Shown: in pieces, positions 26,261 to 37,182 of the stretch
Numbering within the stretch: position 1 is the stretch's first letter
How the letters are laid out: each line of letters starts with the position of its first letter
Origin: Catajapyx aquilonaris
Taxonomy: Eukaryota
DNA: 46,744 bases
Assembly: GCA_000934665.2 (NCBI GenBank)
Contig: KZ538805.1
Span: 1-46,744, forward strand
Direction: 5' to 3'
The notes under the pieces: model-generated
Seen by the model: the letters and a program-made list of their open reading frames with translations, nothing else
The model's database searches: none
Told to the model about the DNA's origin: nothing
Translations under genes and position numbers: made by a program

Positions 26261-26706
26261 GGGGAATGTGGTCGGGTCACGTGATTTTCCCGGAAACTAT
26301 CTGCATGCAAACAGCTGTTCATTTTAATGCCTCGTTTTAATTAAATGCTTCGACTAATTTTTTCTAAATCGGGAGAAATTTCGGAGTGTCGTACAGTACA
26401 GTACAGTACAGTACATGATAGTTTTCAGTCTTGCACCTGAGCGCTCCTGAGGGGACGTAGCAGCGACTACTTCACAGTTCCTAAAAAGTACGGCTTGTCG
26501 CATACGGATTGCATATATGATGAGTTGTATCGAGTTGTATAATACGATAATCCCAAAAATAATGAGCGTAAGCTTCATTTACTTACGTTACGGGCACACG
26601 TTACGTCGTAATAAATAGACATGCAGATAAGATAGCTGCCACATGAGAAGCAGTCACTGTGACTCAAAAGTAGCTATTTTGTCCGTCCCTGACACTGAAC
26701 ACCGAC

Positions 26707-26716
26707 CAAAGGTCAT
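26707..26716 (-). CDS. RAB5IF: RAB5IF homologue, tentative coding exon 1
   Basis: ccaaATG ACC TTT G|gtcggt supplies the required phase 1 and gives 134 aa; the donor is weak. Confidence 0.45.
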
Positions 26717-26773
26717 TTGGCGCAAAATAATAGTTGGTGGCGACCAGTGGCGACAGAAAGTTTTATTGACTAC

Positions 26774-26854
26774 ATGGGCGGCTGTCGCGTTCGCAACTTC
26801 GCATCAGATGCCTGCTCTGGTTACAACACGGTTTACAGGTTACACGGTAAAAAG
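26774..26854 (+). CDS. Tentative first exon of the SOCS-box gene
   Basis: ATG GGC GGC TGT...AAA AAG|gtaggc is phase 0 and in frame with the exon opening at 29714; it may instead be 5' UTR. Confidence 0.35.
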
Positions 26855-27135
26855 GTAGGCAGGCTGGATGACCATGTAGTGTCAAGTGTGTATTCATGTG
26901 AGAATCTGTTATAGGATTTTGCTGAGTACCTGCGGAACAAAGACTGGGCAAAGACTGTTGCAATGGTTGCAACTGATCTACTGCACACTGAGGAAGACTG
27001 CAAGCTTTCAAGCACTGGTTCAAGGGACTCAAAGATTGTAATTTGAGTTCTGACACTTCTTTATTGTTTGAAGGGTCGACTTCAGCAGTCTTGGAGCTTG
27101 GACCGAGTCAAGGTGACTCAGTTGGTGTGAGTAAT

Positions 27136-27426
27136 AACAAGGTAATAATAATTCATACCCCGTTATCAGCCTGCTGCTCTTTAGGGGGGAAATTTTTGTT
27201 TTGACTGGAACTATTTGCTTTCATTTTTACTTTGCTTTTTGGGATAGGATAGGGACGGAAGGAAGCGGCTGTGGCCTGTTTTTACGGAAACGACCCCGGA
27301 ATTATCCTGGGAGGACCGTGGAAAACCACAGAAAACCACAGTCAGGGTCGCCGGCCCCGGGATTCGAACCCAGGACCTCCCGATTAGCAGGCGGACTCCA
27401 TATCCACTACACCAACCTGCTTCGGT
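27136..27426 (-). mobile_element. tRNA-derived SINE, family A, tail type 1
   Basis: Intact GGTTCGAATCC B box; 17-bp TSD cagtt(g/a)gtgtgagtaat at 27119-27135 and 27427-27443. Confidence 0.92.
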
Positions 27427-27934
27427 CAGTTAGTGTGAGTAATGCAACCTGTTGCAACAATAATAATCATAACAATGTTGCTTTTTTAGGTGGTATGCTT
27501 CTGCAGTTGATTGCCTCAGTAAATATAGTGTTGAGTGCCCAAATTTTGAAACCCTAAAGCTTTTGTTAGGAAATGAATGAATGTAGCAATGAAGGGAAAT
27601 TGATTTTAATACACTGGATATTTAGCTACGAGACCCGGCAATGAAAGTTTAAGAAGAATTCATAGGAAAATGCACCAAATTTATAAAGTGAACACTCCAG
27701 TTTTAAAATAAGTGATCATAATTTCGGAACCTACATTTTAAGGGCAAGAAGGATTTTAAAAACTGTTACAAATTTTGTGAATGTTTTATTAATACTTTAT
27801 GTATATAACAATAATGTCAATTGGCATCATATAGATGAATTTGTTAATGAGCGCAACCGAGTGCGCATCCACACTCGTGCAAGTCCATTGTTCTGACAAC
27901 AATGTTGCCACAGTTACTTTTCAGGGGCCTCTAA

Positions 27935-28331
27935 GGGCCTGGCCACACTTGTCGGAATCTCTACAACGGAATTTCTGGCGCAGTTTGATTTTGTCACGTA
28001 TTGTCACGCGGAATTTCCGTCAACCGTGCTGCCGCCTTGTGCCTTTTTCAGCTACCAATCCCCCTGGTGCAGGGCCAGCGAACCTGCTTTTTCCGTCGGT
28101 AGTGTGGCCTTCCCCCACCGGAATCAATGTATTGCAATGGGATCATTGTCCCCGGCGGAAAACTGAGTGGTTTTTTCCTGTGTCTTCCGCTGGTGTTCGA
28201 CGGAACGACGGAAAAACCGGCATGTGTGTCTCATCCCGACGGAAGCCTGTTTACTTCTATGTGTTTGAGATTTTTGAGCGGACCCCGCCGGAAATTCTGT
28301 CGCGAAGATTCCGCCTAGTGTGGCCAGGGCC
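27935..28331. mobile_element. PIF/Harbinger-type MITE
   Basis: TAA|GGGCCTGGCCACACT...AGTGTGGCCAGGGCC|TAA; imperfect TIRs of about 45 bp. Confidence 0.85.
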
Positions 28332-28417
28332 TAAGGTTTGTTCCAGAGCCTTGACAATATCGCAAAAGTTGGCCAAATTGTTACCCCCTCAAGCTTACTG
28401 TTGGAAACAATTCATCT

Positions 28418-28531
28418 ATAGAATGCACTTCTGGAACAGTGTCACCAAAAGGGCACTGTTTATTCCTATTGTCGCGTGAGGGCATTCCCATGGAAAGTTG
28501 AAAAATGGAAGGTTCCAGAAGTGCATTCTGT
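28418..28531. repeat. Short inverted repeat / micro-MITE
   Basis: AGAATGCACTTCTGGAAC / GTTCCAGAAGTGCATTCT. Confidence 0.65.
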
Positions 28532-28600
28532 GATGCCCTTTATTGACTATACAATGAGCACAATCCTATCCATAGGCTGGTTCTAAGAGAAAAGACTCAT

Positions 28601-28768
28601 CACCTCAACTCAGCCAGCATCACCCAACCTGTCCACGTAGTACCACTACCCCTTGCATAGGTGGCACACCCTCCCTCTCACCACACTCCTGCCACTTGTC
28701 AGGGATGTGCAAGGAGTAGTACTACTACTTGGACAGGTTGATGGTGCTGGCTGACAGTGAGTTGAGGT
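28601..28768. repeat. Diverged inverted repeat
   Basis: ACCTCAACTCAGCCAGCATCA...ACCTGTCCA versus TGGACAGGT...TGGTGCTGGCTGA...GAGTTGAGGT. Confidence 0.6.
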
Positions 28769-29713
28769 AATCCCTCACTCCAGACAGACCAATGACTGAT
28801 TCAATTACTTTCCTAGCAGCCCCATAACCCATAAATCGAGACACTTCCATTACTACCACTGTGAACAACATCACTCATGCCGCAATTGAGCAAGGCTCCG
28901 TAAAGAGCACTATATACTGCACTGGTGGGAATAAGTGCAGTTCTGCACCTGGGAGATATGTCTACATATAAATTCTACTGTTCTGCATATTCACCCCATT
29001 TGGAAGTAATTTACTCAATTCCAGTCAGATCGCTGATATTTCCACATGTGTTCCATTTTTCCTTGACTCCTTGGTTCTAGCCTTCTATTCTGAATCAGGA
29101 TTATGGTTTCTACAAATGCATAGACCAGACTCCATTGCACGATATCTTTCGCGTACCCCCTAAATTGTCTTCACGTACACCAGTTTGAAAACCACTGCTG
29201 TAAGAGATAGTCAGGGCTGAAGAAGTAGACAAAGAATTAATCACACTAATTGCATATCTCCCAGCATTTCCAATTGCTGTAAGTCTTTTTCATAATCATT
29301 TTTTGATATCCCAATCCTGTGTTCTTGCCACATTAGTTCTTACAGGAATACAACTTTCATCCCGTTTATTGAAGAAGATTAAGGCATTGTACGAGTATAA
29401 GGTGCCAGATTCACATGCTCATAATAATATGGAGGTGGGTGGGACCTGACTTCTATGGTGTATACATGATATATCGTTCTAGACCCTGTACAGCTCGATT
29501 AAAGTTTACTGTTACCAGTATTTCTTGTCAGTTTAAAGTGCATGTGGTGTTAACAAGGCATGGCAGTGTCCAAAGCCAGGTTTTAATAACATTCTTCTAG
29601 AACCTGTGTTAGGGAAGGGAAACAATGTTATTCCATTACCATTGTGAAGTACAGTCAAATGTTTTTTCTTTGTATTTTTGGTAGTACACTGTATATAAAT
29701 TAACTTATTCCAG

Positions 29714-30469
29714 GTTCAGCTAATCAGAAACGGTAACCAATGTTCAACTTCCTGGTGCACAACATCTCGTAAGATGGCACGACGGGCATCTTTTAACAAT
29801 GTCCCTCCTAACCATACTGATGGTAAAGTTGCAAGGGCAGAGTGGGAACCAAGTACACCACCTGTGACCATGGTGATCAAGAAATTGGATGTACGCAGGT
29901 CTGATCAAGTAGTCACAAGTGATGGTGGGCAGGAAAACTATGACCTCAAGAGTTTACAGCTCCATCCTCGTTTTGAGCAGCTGGTTAATTCCATCCCAGT
30001 GTGCATTGGCATGAATGAGCGCTTTGTCCTGGTTCAGTGTATAAAATTTCTCAATAATGCAAGTGGTCCTGCCATTTTCATTTTGGGAGATATGGAGAAT
30101 GGAAGCTGCATGGTGTTCACCGACCCTACAAAGTACTTCAGGTGGTCTCCTGGGATGCCAGCTGCACCAGTGGAATGCATCATTGCTCCTTACATTTCTG
30201 ATTGCCCTTCAGTGAAGTGGATTTTTCGCCTGCCAGCAAGTATCCAAGGATTGAGGTTTTGGTCGAAGATGTATTTCATCAAAGACATGGGGCAACATCC
30301 TGGAAGATTTAACTTCAAGCACCACAGAGATAGACTTTTTCAAGCAGTCAATTTCGACTCTACTGGAACTCATGTAGCTATGCTATCAACTGATGATGGA
30401 TGCAGCAAATTTACTACCTCAGTGATGGATGCATGGAGTCATGAAATCATGTCTCAAGTCACATATGAG
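29714..30469 (+). CDS. Uncharacterised SOCS-box protein, main exon (first in-exon in-frame ATG at 29774)
   Basis: ttccag| acceptor; 252 open codons; GAG|gtaagc phase-0 donor; protein-like, beta-rich composition. Confidence 0.8.
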
Positions 30470-31165
30470 GTAAGCCTTTTTACTGTATATAATGTGATAC
30501 TGCAAACAGAACCAGTTGTCATAAGCACAAGGTAGTTGTGGTGACGTCACTTAGGTTAAAGGACATGCCCTAAATTCAGCATGATTTCATGTTCCTTTCC
30601 CCATGCAAAAGAAACATTGGGGTGGTACACATATTACAGCATGCTCCAGTGAGGGGTGGTGGTGTTACTGCCAGATGACACAACATTATGATGGGGTAAG
30701 AGGGGGTCCAGCTTGGGATGACATCATTTTATACTCGATTACAAAATTATGCCCATTCGGCCATTCCCACTGCAGGCACAGTACAACTTTTGAAGGAAAG
30801 TTTTGTGCTAAATACAAGGTGAGCCAAACTCTGATCCAAAGTACTTTTGCAGCAAAGTGCTTATTTTAAAGCAGTTACTCATGCGTGGGTCTTTAAAATT
30901 GGTTGCCAAAAGCATTAGCTGCAGATAGGGTGAATATATGGCCATGGGTATTATAACCCGGCCTAAATTCTACTAGTTCCTCAGGGATTATTGAAGGGTG
31001 GTCCGGGAGGGCAAATACATGCTGGCCAGAATAAGAATTCTAGACAGGAGCTCTGTCAAAGTACAGATCAAGCCAAACGGTCTGTAGTTACTGGGAATTG
31101 CGGTGTTGCCCTTATAATTTGGGGTATGCTGAGCCTTGGAGTGCAAATTTTTCACCTGGACAAGA

Positions 31166-31630
31166 AAGGACATGGCGCAAAATGTATGGGCCAGTGGCCT
31201 TCCGTTCGATTTTCCTGAAAATGGGATATGTTGTAGCCCAGACTGTCCTGATCAATATTAGATGGGGACATTTCGAGGTAGGACGTACAGGGAGAGTGAT
31301 AATGACCTCCGAAGGTACTATGGGACATGGTCTGGTTTTCCGTTCGATTTGCCTGAAAATGGGATATGTTATAGCCCAGACCGTCCTGATCAGTGTTGGG
31401 TAGGAACATTTCAAGGTAGGACCTACATGGAGCATGCTAATGACCTCCGAATGTAATATGGGCAGTACAGTAACTACTCCCCATATTATATTAGCGTGCT
31501 CGTCCCTGTACGTCCTACCTCGAAATGTCCCTATCCAACATTGATCAGGACAGTCTGGGCTACAACATATCCCATATTCAGGCAAATCGAATGGAAGGCC
31601 ACTGGCCCATACATTTTGTGCCATGTCCTT
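31166..31630. mobile_element. Non-autonomous element with ~125-bp TIRs and an internal direct duplication (possibly Kolobok-like)
   Basis: AAAGGACATGGCGCAAAATGTATGGGCCAGTGG versus CCACTGGCCCATACATTTTGTGCCATGTCCTTT; a unit of about 139 bp is repeated at 31200 and 31339. Confidence 0.8.
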
Positions 31631-31659
31631 TACGATTCAACCCATAGTGTGAAGGAATT

Positions 31660-31881
31660 ACCGAAGCAGGTTGGCGTAGTGGATAGGGCGTCCGACTGCT
31701 AATCGGGAGGTCCTGGGTTCGAATCCCGGGGCTGGCAACCCTGACTGTGGTTTTCTGTGGTTTTCCACGGTCTTTCTAGGATAATTCGCTTCTGTATAAT
31801 AGGCCACAGCCGCTTCCTTCCTTCCCTATCCTTGGAGGTTGAAAGGCAATGCTGGGCCAACCTCCTTAATATCAATTATAA
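31660..31881 (+). mobile_element. tRNA-derived SINE, family A, tail type 2
   Basis: A box TGGCGTAGTGG and B box GGTTCGAATCC; perfect 14-bp TSD AGTGTGAAGGAATT. Confidence 0.92.
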
Positions 31882-32763
31882 AGTGTGAAGGAATTGTCCA
31901 GATCATGTTGATAGGTTAGTAGAGACTTGAGAAGTGTGATTATCCCTTATCTAGGGTTGGCCCAAAATTCAATCCCATGTCCTGCCTTGTTTGACCCAGA
32001 GGCCTGAGGTTCACTCCTTGCAATTAGCCCCAAGAAAAAACTAGCAAGTCAGATGAACCAACCCAATTACATGACCTTTGAAAATTGTACTGGGCATATT
32101 CTTTAATGATGTGGCACCACTAGGAAAACGAGTGCCAACCTGGACCCCGAAGTTTTACCCCCTTGGAGGTCATGTGACCTAGATCACAATGCCATTGCCT
32201 GTAGGCCAGCCAAGTGGATTTGTTCTCTATGCAGTATGCTGCAAAAGTAATATCTCATTACTAACATAAAGCGGCATGCCGGTATAACCCGGGGGTGGCC
32301 GGCATGCCACAATAACTGAGGTAGATTTCCATAATCATTTTGATACTGCCTTGTTGAATTTGTTGGAATACGTCGGGTACTGTAGTCTGCTAAAATAATG
32401 TTACGGTTTAAAATGTGCGAGTACAGGCCTACAGGGCTGTGAGAATACGCAAGTTCATCTGTTGCACAGGGCATAGAGTGTGACCAATCCCATATTCAGC
32501 CTGCTCTAAAAGGGGAACTCCCCTAAACATTACAAAGGATCAAGGCAAATTTCTTCAGTCCTTAGTTTTGCTCAATAGTTTGCTGGTCGTAGATCTTGTT
32601 GGCAATCAGAGGATTGCTTTGTGTAGTGGTATCAATTTGTCTGAGAAGCCTTATTACTCAGATAATAAAATCCAAACCCAACATATGAAATATCCTGGTA
32701 GGTACGCTTCCCTTCTTGCAGCCTTGCACTTTTAATTGAAAATGTTGCCTTGAAAGAACTTAA

Positions 32764-33268
32764 CCCTTAACTACGTAGGTGGAGCCTGAGAGGCTCCAAG
32801 CACTATTTAAACGCATGTAACTTTTTCATTGAATTTTATTTTCCCCTGTCCTTCCGTGACTTTGTCAGAAAAACCTTCCTAAGCATGAAAAGGAGAGAAA
32901 TTTTTTTTTAGTCCCTATTCTTTGCTTTAAAAAAATTCGTAACGAGGAACAGGTCCCTCCTGGAACCGCTCAGGCTTCACCTGAGATATAGAGCCTGAGC
33001 GGTTCCAGGAGGGACCTGTTCCTCGTTACGAATTTTTTCAAACACATGATGTAACCTTTTAATTAAGAATTTTTCCCTCTCGGAATACGCTGACTCAGCG
33101 TGTGATTTTTACGTTTTCGGAAGCCTAATGATCTGAACTGCACTTTCTGTATGTGAAAAGTCCAATATAACAATTTAGTTGATAAGCAGAAATTTAAATA
33201 TACCGTTGGAGCCTCTCAGGCTCCACCTACGTAGTTAAAGGTGTTTCACCCACCTACGTAGTTAAGGG
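32764..33268. mobile_element. piggyBac-type MITE with a central hairpin
   Basis: TTAA|CCCTTAACTACGTAGGTGG...CCACCTACGTAGTTAAGGG|TTAA; asymmetric subterminal repeat; perfect central inverted repeat at about 32931-33038. Confidence 0.9.
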
Positions 33269-34323
33269 TTAAGGGGGGGATATACCCCCCTTAAACTCAA
33301 AGAAGTCCCGATTATCCTTATCTAAGGATAATCGGGACTTATTCGAGTTCCAACTCTGGCTGAAAGAGGAGACAGTGGATCCCACCCTCCCTACACAAAA
33401 GAACCACCCTCCTGACACAAAAGAAGGGTCGCGTTTGCGGTTGACCATTCCCTCTTGGCACAATAAAAACCGTGAAAATTATGGTACCCCCAACTTCAAG
33501 TAGTTCTCAAATCAGTCAAATTTTGACAAAATTATTATTTGCCGAAAGGTTATTGCTAAATATAAAAATCGGCTTCACTGGTCCGGAGCACCTCATTTTT
33601 TCGCATTTTTTGGTGCTTGTTACGACATCACTTAAAATTTTACAACGGCGTAATTTACTCCCGAATGCAAATGACTTTTTAAAATACTACAATAAGAATG
33701 TAGGAAAAGTACATCACACATGTGTAAGAGCGGGGTCAGTTACACTTACACAAAAAAAAAATTGGTTCTGCTGTTGTTAGTTAGCGAGAACTTTACTCCC
33801 TTGAGGGGTCACTCATGTGCGATAGACACAGTGGTGAGAGTCCTAGATGAGGTCGAATATAGCAGTTGGTATAGAATAGGGCACCTGGTTAGGGGCATGA
33901 CAACCTACAAAAAATAACAATATGTCTGTGTTTGCATGGAAATGCCCAGCTATGCTTGATGAAAATAATGTGGACTCCTACTGGAAAAGGAGTTCTTTAT
34001 TTTCCTGACTAAGAAAATCTCATTATTTCAGTACACTTGGACATTATGAACTAGAACATTCTCTTATTTCTAATGTTCCCATTTTTTAGTTTTAAATTGT
34101 TTACTCGCTTTGCGAGGCGTCGGCGCAAATTGGTCGGGTCCCGCGCAGGTCCTCCTCGGTCTCCGTAACTCTCCGAGGCTGGTGCAGGTGCACCCGGCCA
34201 TACTTCCGGTACTCATACAGCTAATTCATAGCAGTTGTGTAATTTTCCTACAGAATCTACAAATAGTAGTGAATCTGAATTTTTTAAGTTGCAATTTGCC
34301 TAATGGATTGCTACATTTGACAG

Positions 34324-34779
34324 GTTGACAACTCTGTAGGAGACCTCAACCAGACAGCCGTGTGCTTCAACAGCCTGAATGACCGATTGGTAGCTGTACA
34401 GTTTTTCCATGACACCAGGACCTACCCTAGGAGCAGCCACATGGCTCTACAAGTGATGAGCACTGCTGGTGCAGGGCAGCTGCAACTCTTGGAAGCATAT
34501 CACCACCCACTGGATGGCAGGATGGCTCAGCCCCATGTGGCAGACAATCTCATGTTGTACATGAGATTCTCTCCAGATAATCACTTGGTTCGAATCTACA
34601 TGTGGAATCAATCCGAAGTTCACGCAGAACTGGTAGCAGTTGATTCTTTGAAGCGCTGGATTTCTCTGTCTGGACTTTGTCGTGCAGTTATTATTGCACA
34701 TGTAAGGACAGAAGATATTCTCAAATTGCCATTACCTGCTGCTGTGAAAGATCTGATCAAACGTGAGGCCAAGAATTAG
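34324..34779 (+). CDS. Uncharacterised SOCS-box protein, last exon
   Basis: ttgacag| phase 0; C-terminal SLSGLCRAVI (BC box) followed by ILKLPLPAAVKDLI (Cul5-type LPxP box). Confidence 0.85.
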   Translation, partial: VDNSVGDLNQTAVCFNSLNDRLVAVQFFHDTRTYPRSSHMALQVMSTAGAGQLQLLEAYHHPLDGRMAQPHVADNLMLYMRFSPDNHLVRIYMWNQSEVHAELVAVDSLKRWISLSGLCRAVIIAHVRTEDILKLPLPAAVKDLIKREAKN

Positions 34780-34892
34780 GACAACTCGGAGACATGCACA
34801 TGATGTTCCCACAGGAGATGAAGAGGTTACTTTCCACTTGCATATTGTAGATGAATAGTTTTAACTCATTCCATCTACAATATGATTGTTAA

Positions 34893-35691
34893 CCCCTTCG
34901 GCCCCAGATCGGCCCGAACCACACAGTTTTTGGCTTACGCGTACTCCGAAGATACGGACAAGATATTTTGCAAGTAATAACAGCTATACTTACGAGATAT
35001 GGGAAAACCCTATGAATGTGTCTGGAACCATTTTACTCGTCTAGAAGTCCCTAAATTAATTTCCAAAAAAGGGCTATAATAACTCGAAATTGGACTACTG
35101 CCGCCCAACTTTTAGGCTGATTTAATTATGAAATGCGTGAAAATATGCGGAATAACAACCTTGAGAACCATGCCGGACGAATTTGCTGAAATCGTCGTCC
35201 TTTGCGAGAAATAAATTAATACTTATTTGCGGCTTTCTGGCACTTCGGAAAACTTCGGAAAACTCCCAAATTTATTTGTTTCTCATGAAGTACGACGATT
35301 TCAGAAAATTCATCTCATACTCATGTAGGAGTTTTCCTAAGTGCTAGAAAGCCGGTAATAAATATTAATTTATTTCTCGCAAAGTACGACGATTTCAGCA
35401 AATTCGTCTGGCATGGTTCTCATGGTTGTTATTCCGCATATTTTCACGCATTTCATAATCATGTCAGCCTAAAAGTTGGCCGGCAGTAGTCCAATTTCGA
35501 GTTATTATAGCCCTTTTTTGTAAATTAATTTAGGGACTTCTAGACGAGTAAAATGGTTCCAGACACATTCATAGGGTTTTCCCAGATCTCGTAAGTATAG
35601 CTGTTATATTTTGCAAAATATCTTGTCCGTATCTTCGGAGTACGCATAAGACAAAAACTGTGTGGTTCGGGCCGATCTGGGGCCGAAGGGG
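34893..35691. mobile_element. piggyBac-type foldback MITE
   Basis: TTAA|CCCCTTCGGCC...GGCCGAAGGGG|TTAA; arms of about 350 bp are highly similar inverted repeats. Confidence 0.93.
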
Positions 35692-35736
35692 TTAATCTCG
35701 TAGTTGCTGAGTGCAACAACCTACAGTTCCAGTTAA

Positions 35737-36981
35737 CCCCTTTGCTACCAGATAGGCCCAAACCACGTAGATTTTGGCTCTAGCGTACTCCGAAGATACA
35801 GACAAGATATTTTACAAATAATAACAGCTATACCTACCACATTCAGGGAAAACACTATGAATGTGTCTAGAAGTACCTAAATTAATTTCCAAAAAAAGGC
35901 TATAAAATCTGGAAATCCGAGTACTGCCAACAAACTGTTAGGCTGATTTAATTATGAAATGCGGGAAAATATGTGGAATAACAACCTTGACCATGCCGGA
36001 CAAATTTGCTGAACTCGTCGTACTTTGGGAGAAATAAATTATTACTTATATGTGGCCTTCTGTCACTTCGGAAAACTCCCAAATATATTTGCTATTTTCC
36101 GAAGTGCCAGAAAGCCGCAAATAAATATTAATTTCTTTCTTGCAAAGTATGATAATCTAAGCAAATTCGTCTGGCGTGGTTCTCAAGGTTGTTATTCCGC
36201 GTATTTTCACACATTTCATAATTAAATCGGGTGTGGGTCATTTCACCGACACCCACCTGGCCGACAGGCCATTTCACCGACAGACACTTCACCGACAAGC
36301 CATTTCACCGACATACCCATTCCACCGACAAGCCATTTCACCGACAAGGAGGTTCCCCGACAGGGCGTTTCACCGACAGTCATTTGATCGACAAATTTAC
36401 CCACACAATTCCCATTTGAAAACCATCCAGTCACTGGAGAGATGGGGTCCAGATCACACCTCATTTTTGCAGCGCCCCTTATGGAAGGAACCACCTGACA
36501 CATGTCTCCCATTTCTATAATATTTAATATAAACGGAATATACATTTCCAATTACATTGCATGAATGAAATACCTGTAGTCAGACACCCGGACAACAACT
36601 GCTTACCGGGGAAGCTGTGTAGGTGACGATCTGATTCGCTAAAAGATATTCTCATGGGAAACATGAAAATGAGGTGTGATCTGGACCTCCTTGTCGGTGA
36701 AATGGACTGTCGGCCAGGTGGGTGTCGGTGAAATGACCCGCTCCGAATTAAATCAGCCTAACAGTTGGTCGGCAGTACTCGGATTTCCAGTTTTCATAGC
36801 CTTTTTTTGGAAATTATTTTAGGGACTTCTAGGCAAGTAAAATTGCTCCAGACACATTTATAGTGTTTTCCCTGAATGTGGTGAGTATAGCAGTTATTAT
36901 TTGTAAAATATCTTGTCCGTATCTTCGGAGTACACTTAAGCCAAAATCTATGTGGTTCGGGCCTATCTGGTAGAGAAGGGG
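35737..36981. mobile_element. Second, more diverged piggyBac-type foldback MITE of the same family, interrupted
   Basis: TTAA|CCCCTTTGCTACCAGATAGGCC...GGCCTATCTGGTAGAGAAGGGG|TTAA. Confidence 0.9.
36228..36745. mobile_element. Nested TIR element with tandem CATTTCACCGACA repeats (possibly Mutator-like)
   Basis: TIRs of about 40 bp; 8-bp TSD AATTAAAT at 36220-36227 and 36746-36753; about 9 units of ~15 bp at the left end. Confidence 0.85.
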
Positions 36982-37028
36982 TTAATGTAACTCAGAGTTT
37001 CAACCGACCCTACAAAATAATACTTGTA

Positions 37029-37182
37029 CAGGTGCTGGACATTAATGGTGTCGTACTGGTGGCTCTGACAGCAAAAGAGCGAATTGAAGTGATGTATTGG
37101 TTGCTAATTCATCACTTCAATTCGCTCTTGCCACCAGCGCCCCACGGCGCCACCAGTACGACACCATTAATGTCCAGCACTG
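37029..37182. mobile_element. Tc1/mariner-type palindromic micro-MITE
   Basis: TA|CAG(G)TGCTGGACATTAATGGTGTCGTACTGGTGGC with its inverse ending GTCCAGCACTG|TA. Confidence 0.85.

Noticed and set aside
26585..26650. Alternative RAB5IF coding exon 1 using the strong gtaagt donor near 26586
   Set aside because: The nearby ATGs give phase 0 or hit a stop, whereas exon 2 needs phase 1; it could still be an alternative donor.
27835..28479. 214-aa ORF
   Set aside because: It spans a Harbinger MITE and both its flanks within a probable intron, and has no recognisable motifs.
30988..31702. Cluster of overlapping ORFs on both strands
   Set aside because: Explained by the inverted and direct repeats of a non-autonomous element.
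31660..31740. tRNA gene with a GCT anticodon-like loop
   Set aside because: There is no proper acceptor stem; the sequence continues into a SINE body flanked by TSDs and occurs four times.
36228..36400. Short repeats with variable linkers as a mini-CRISPR
   Set aside because: Linkers are only a few nt, and the array sits inside TIRs with a TSD, so it is a transposon subterminal array.
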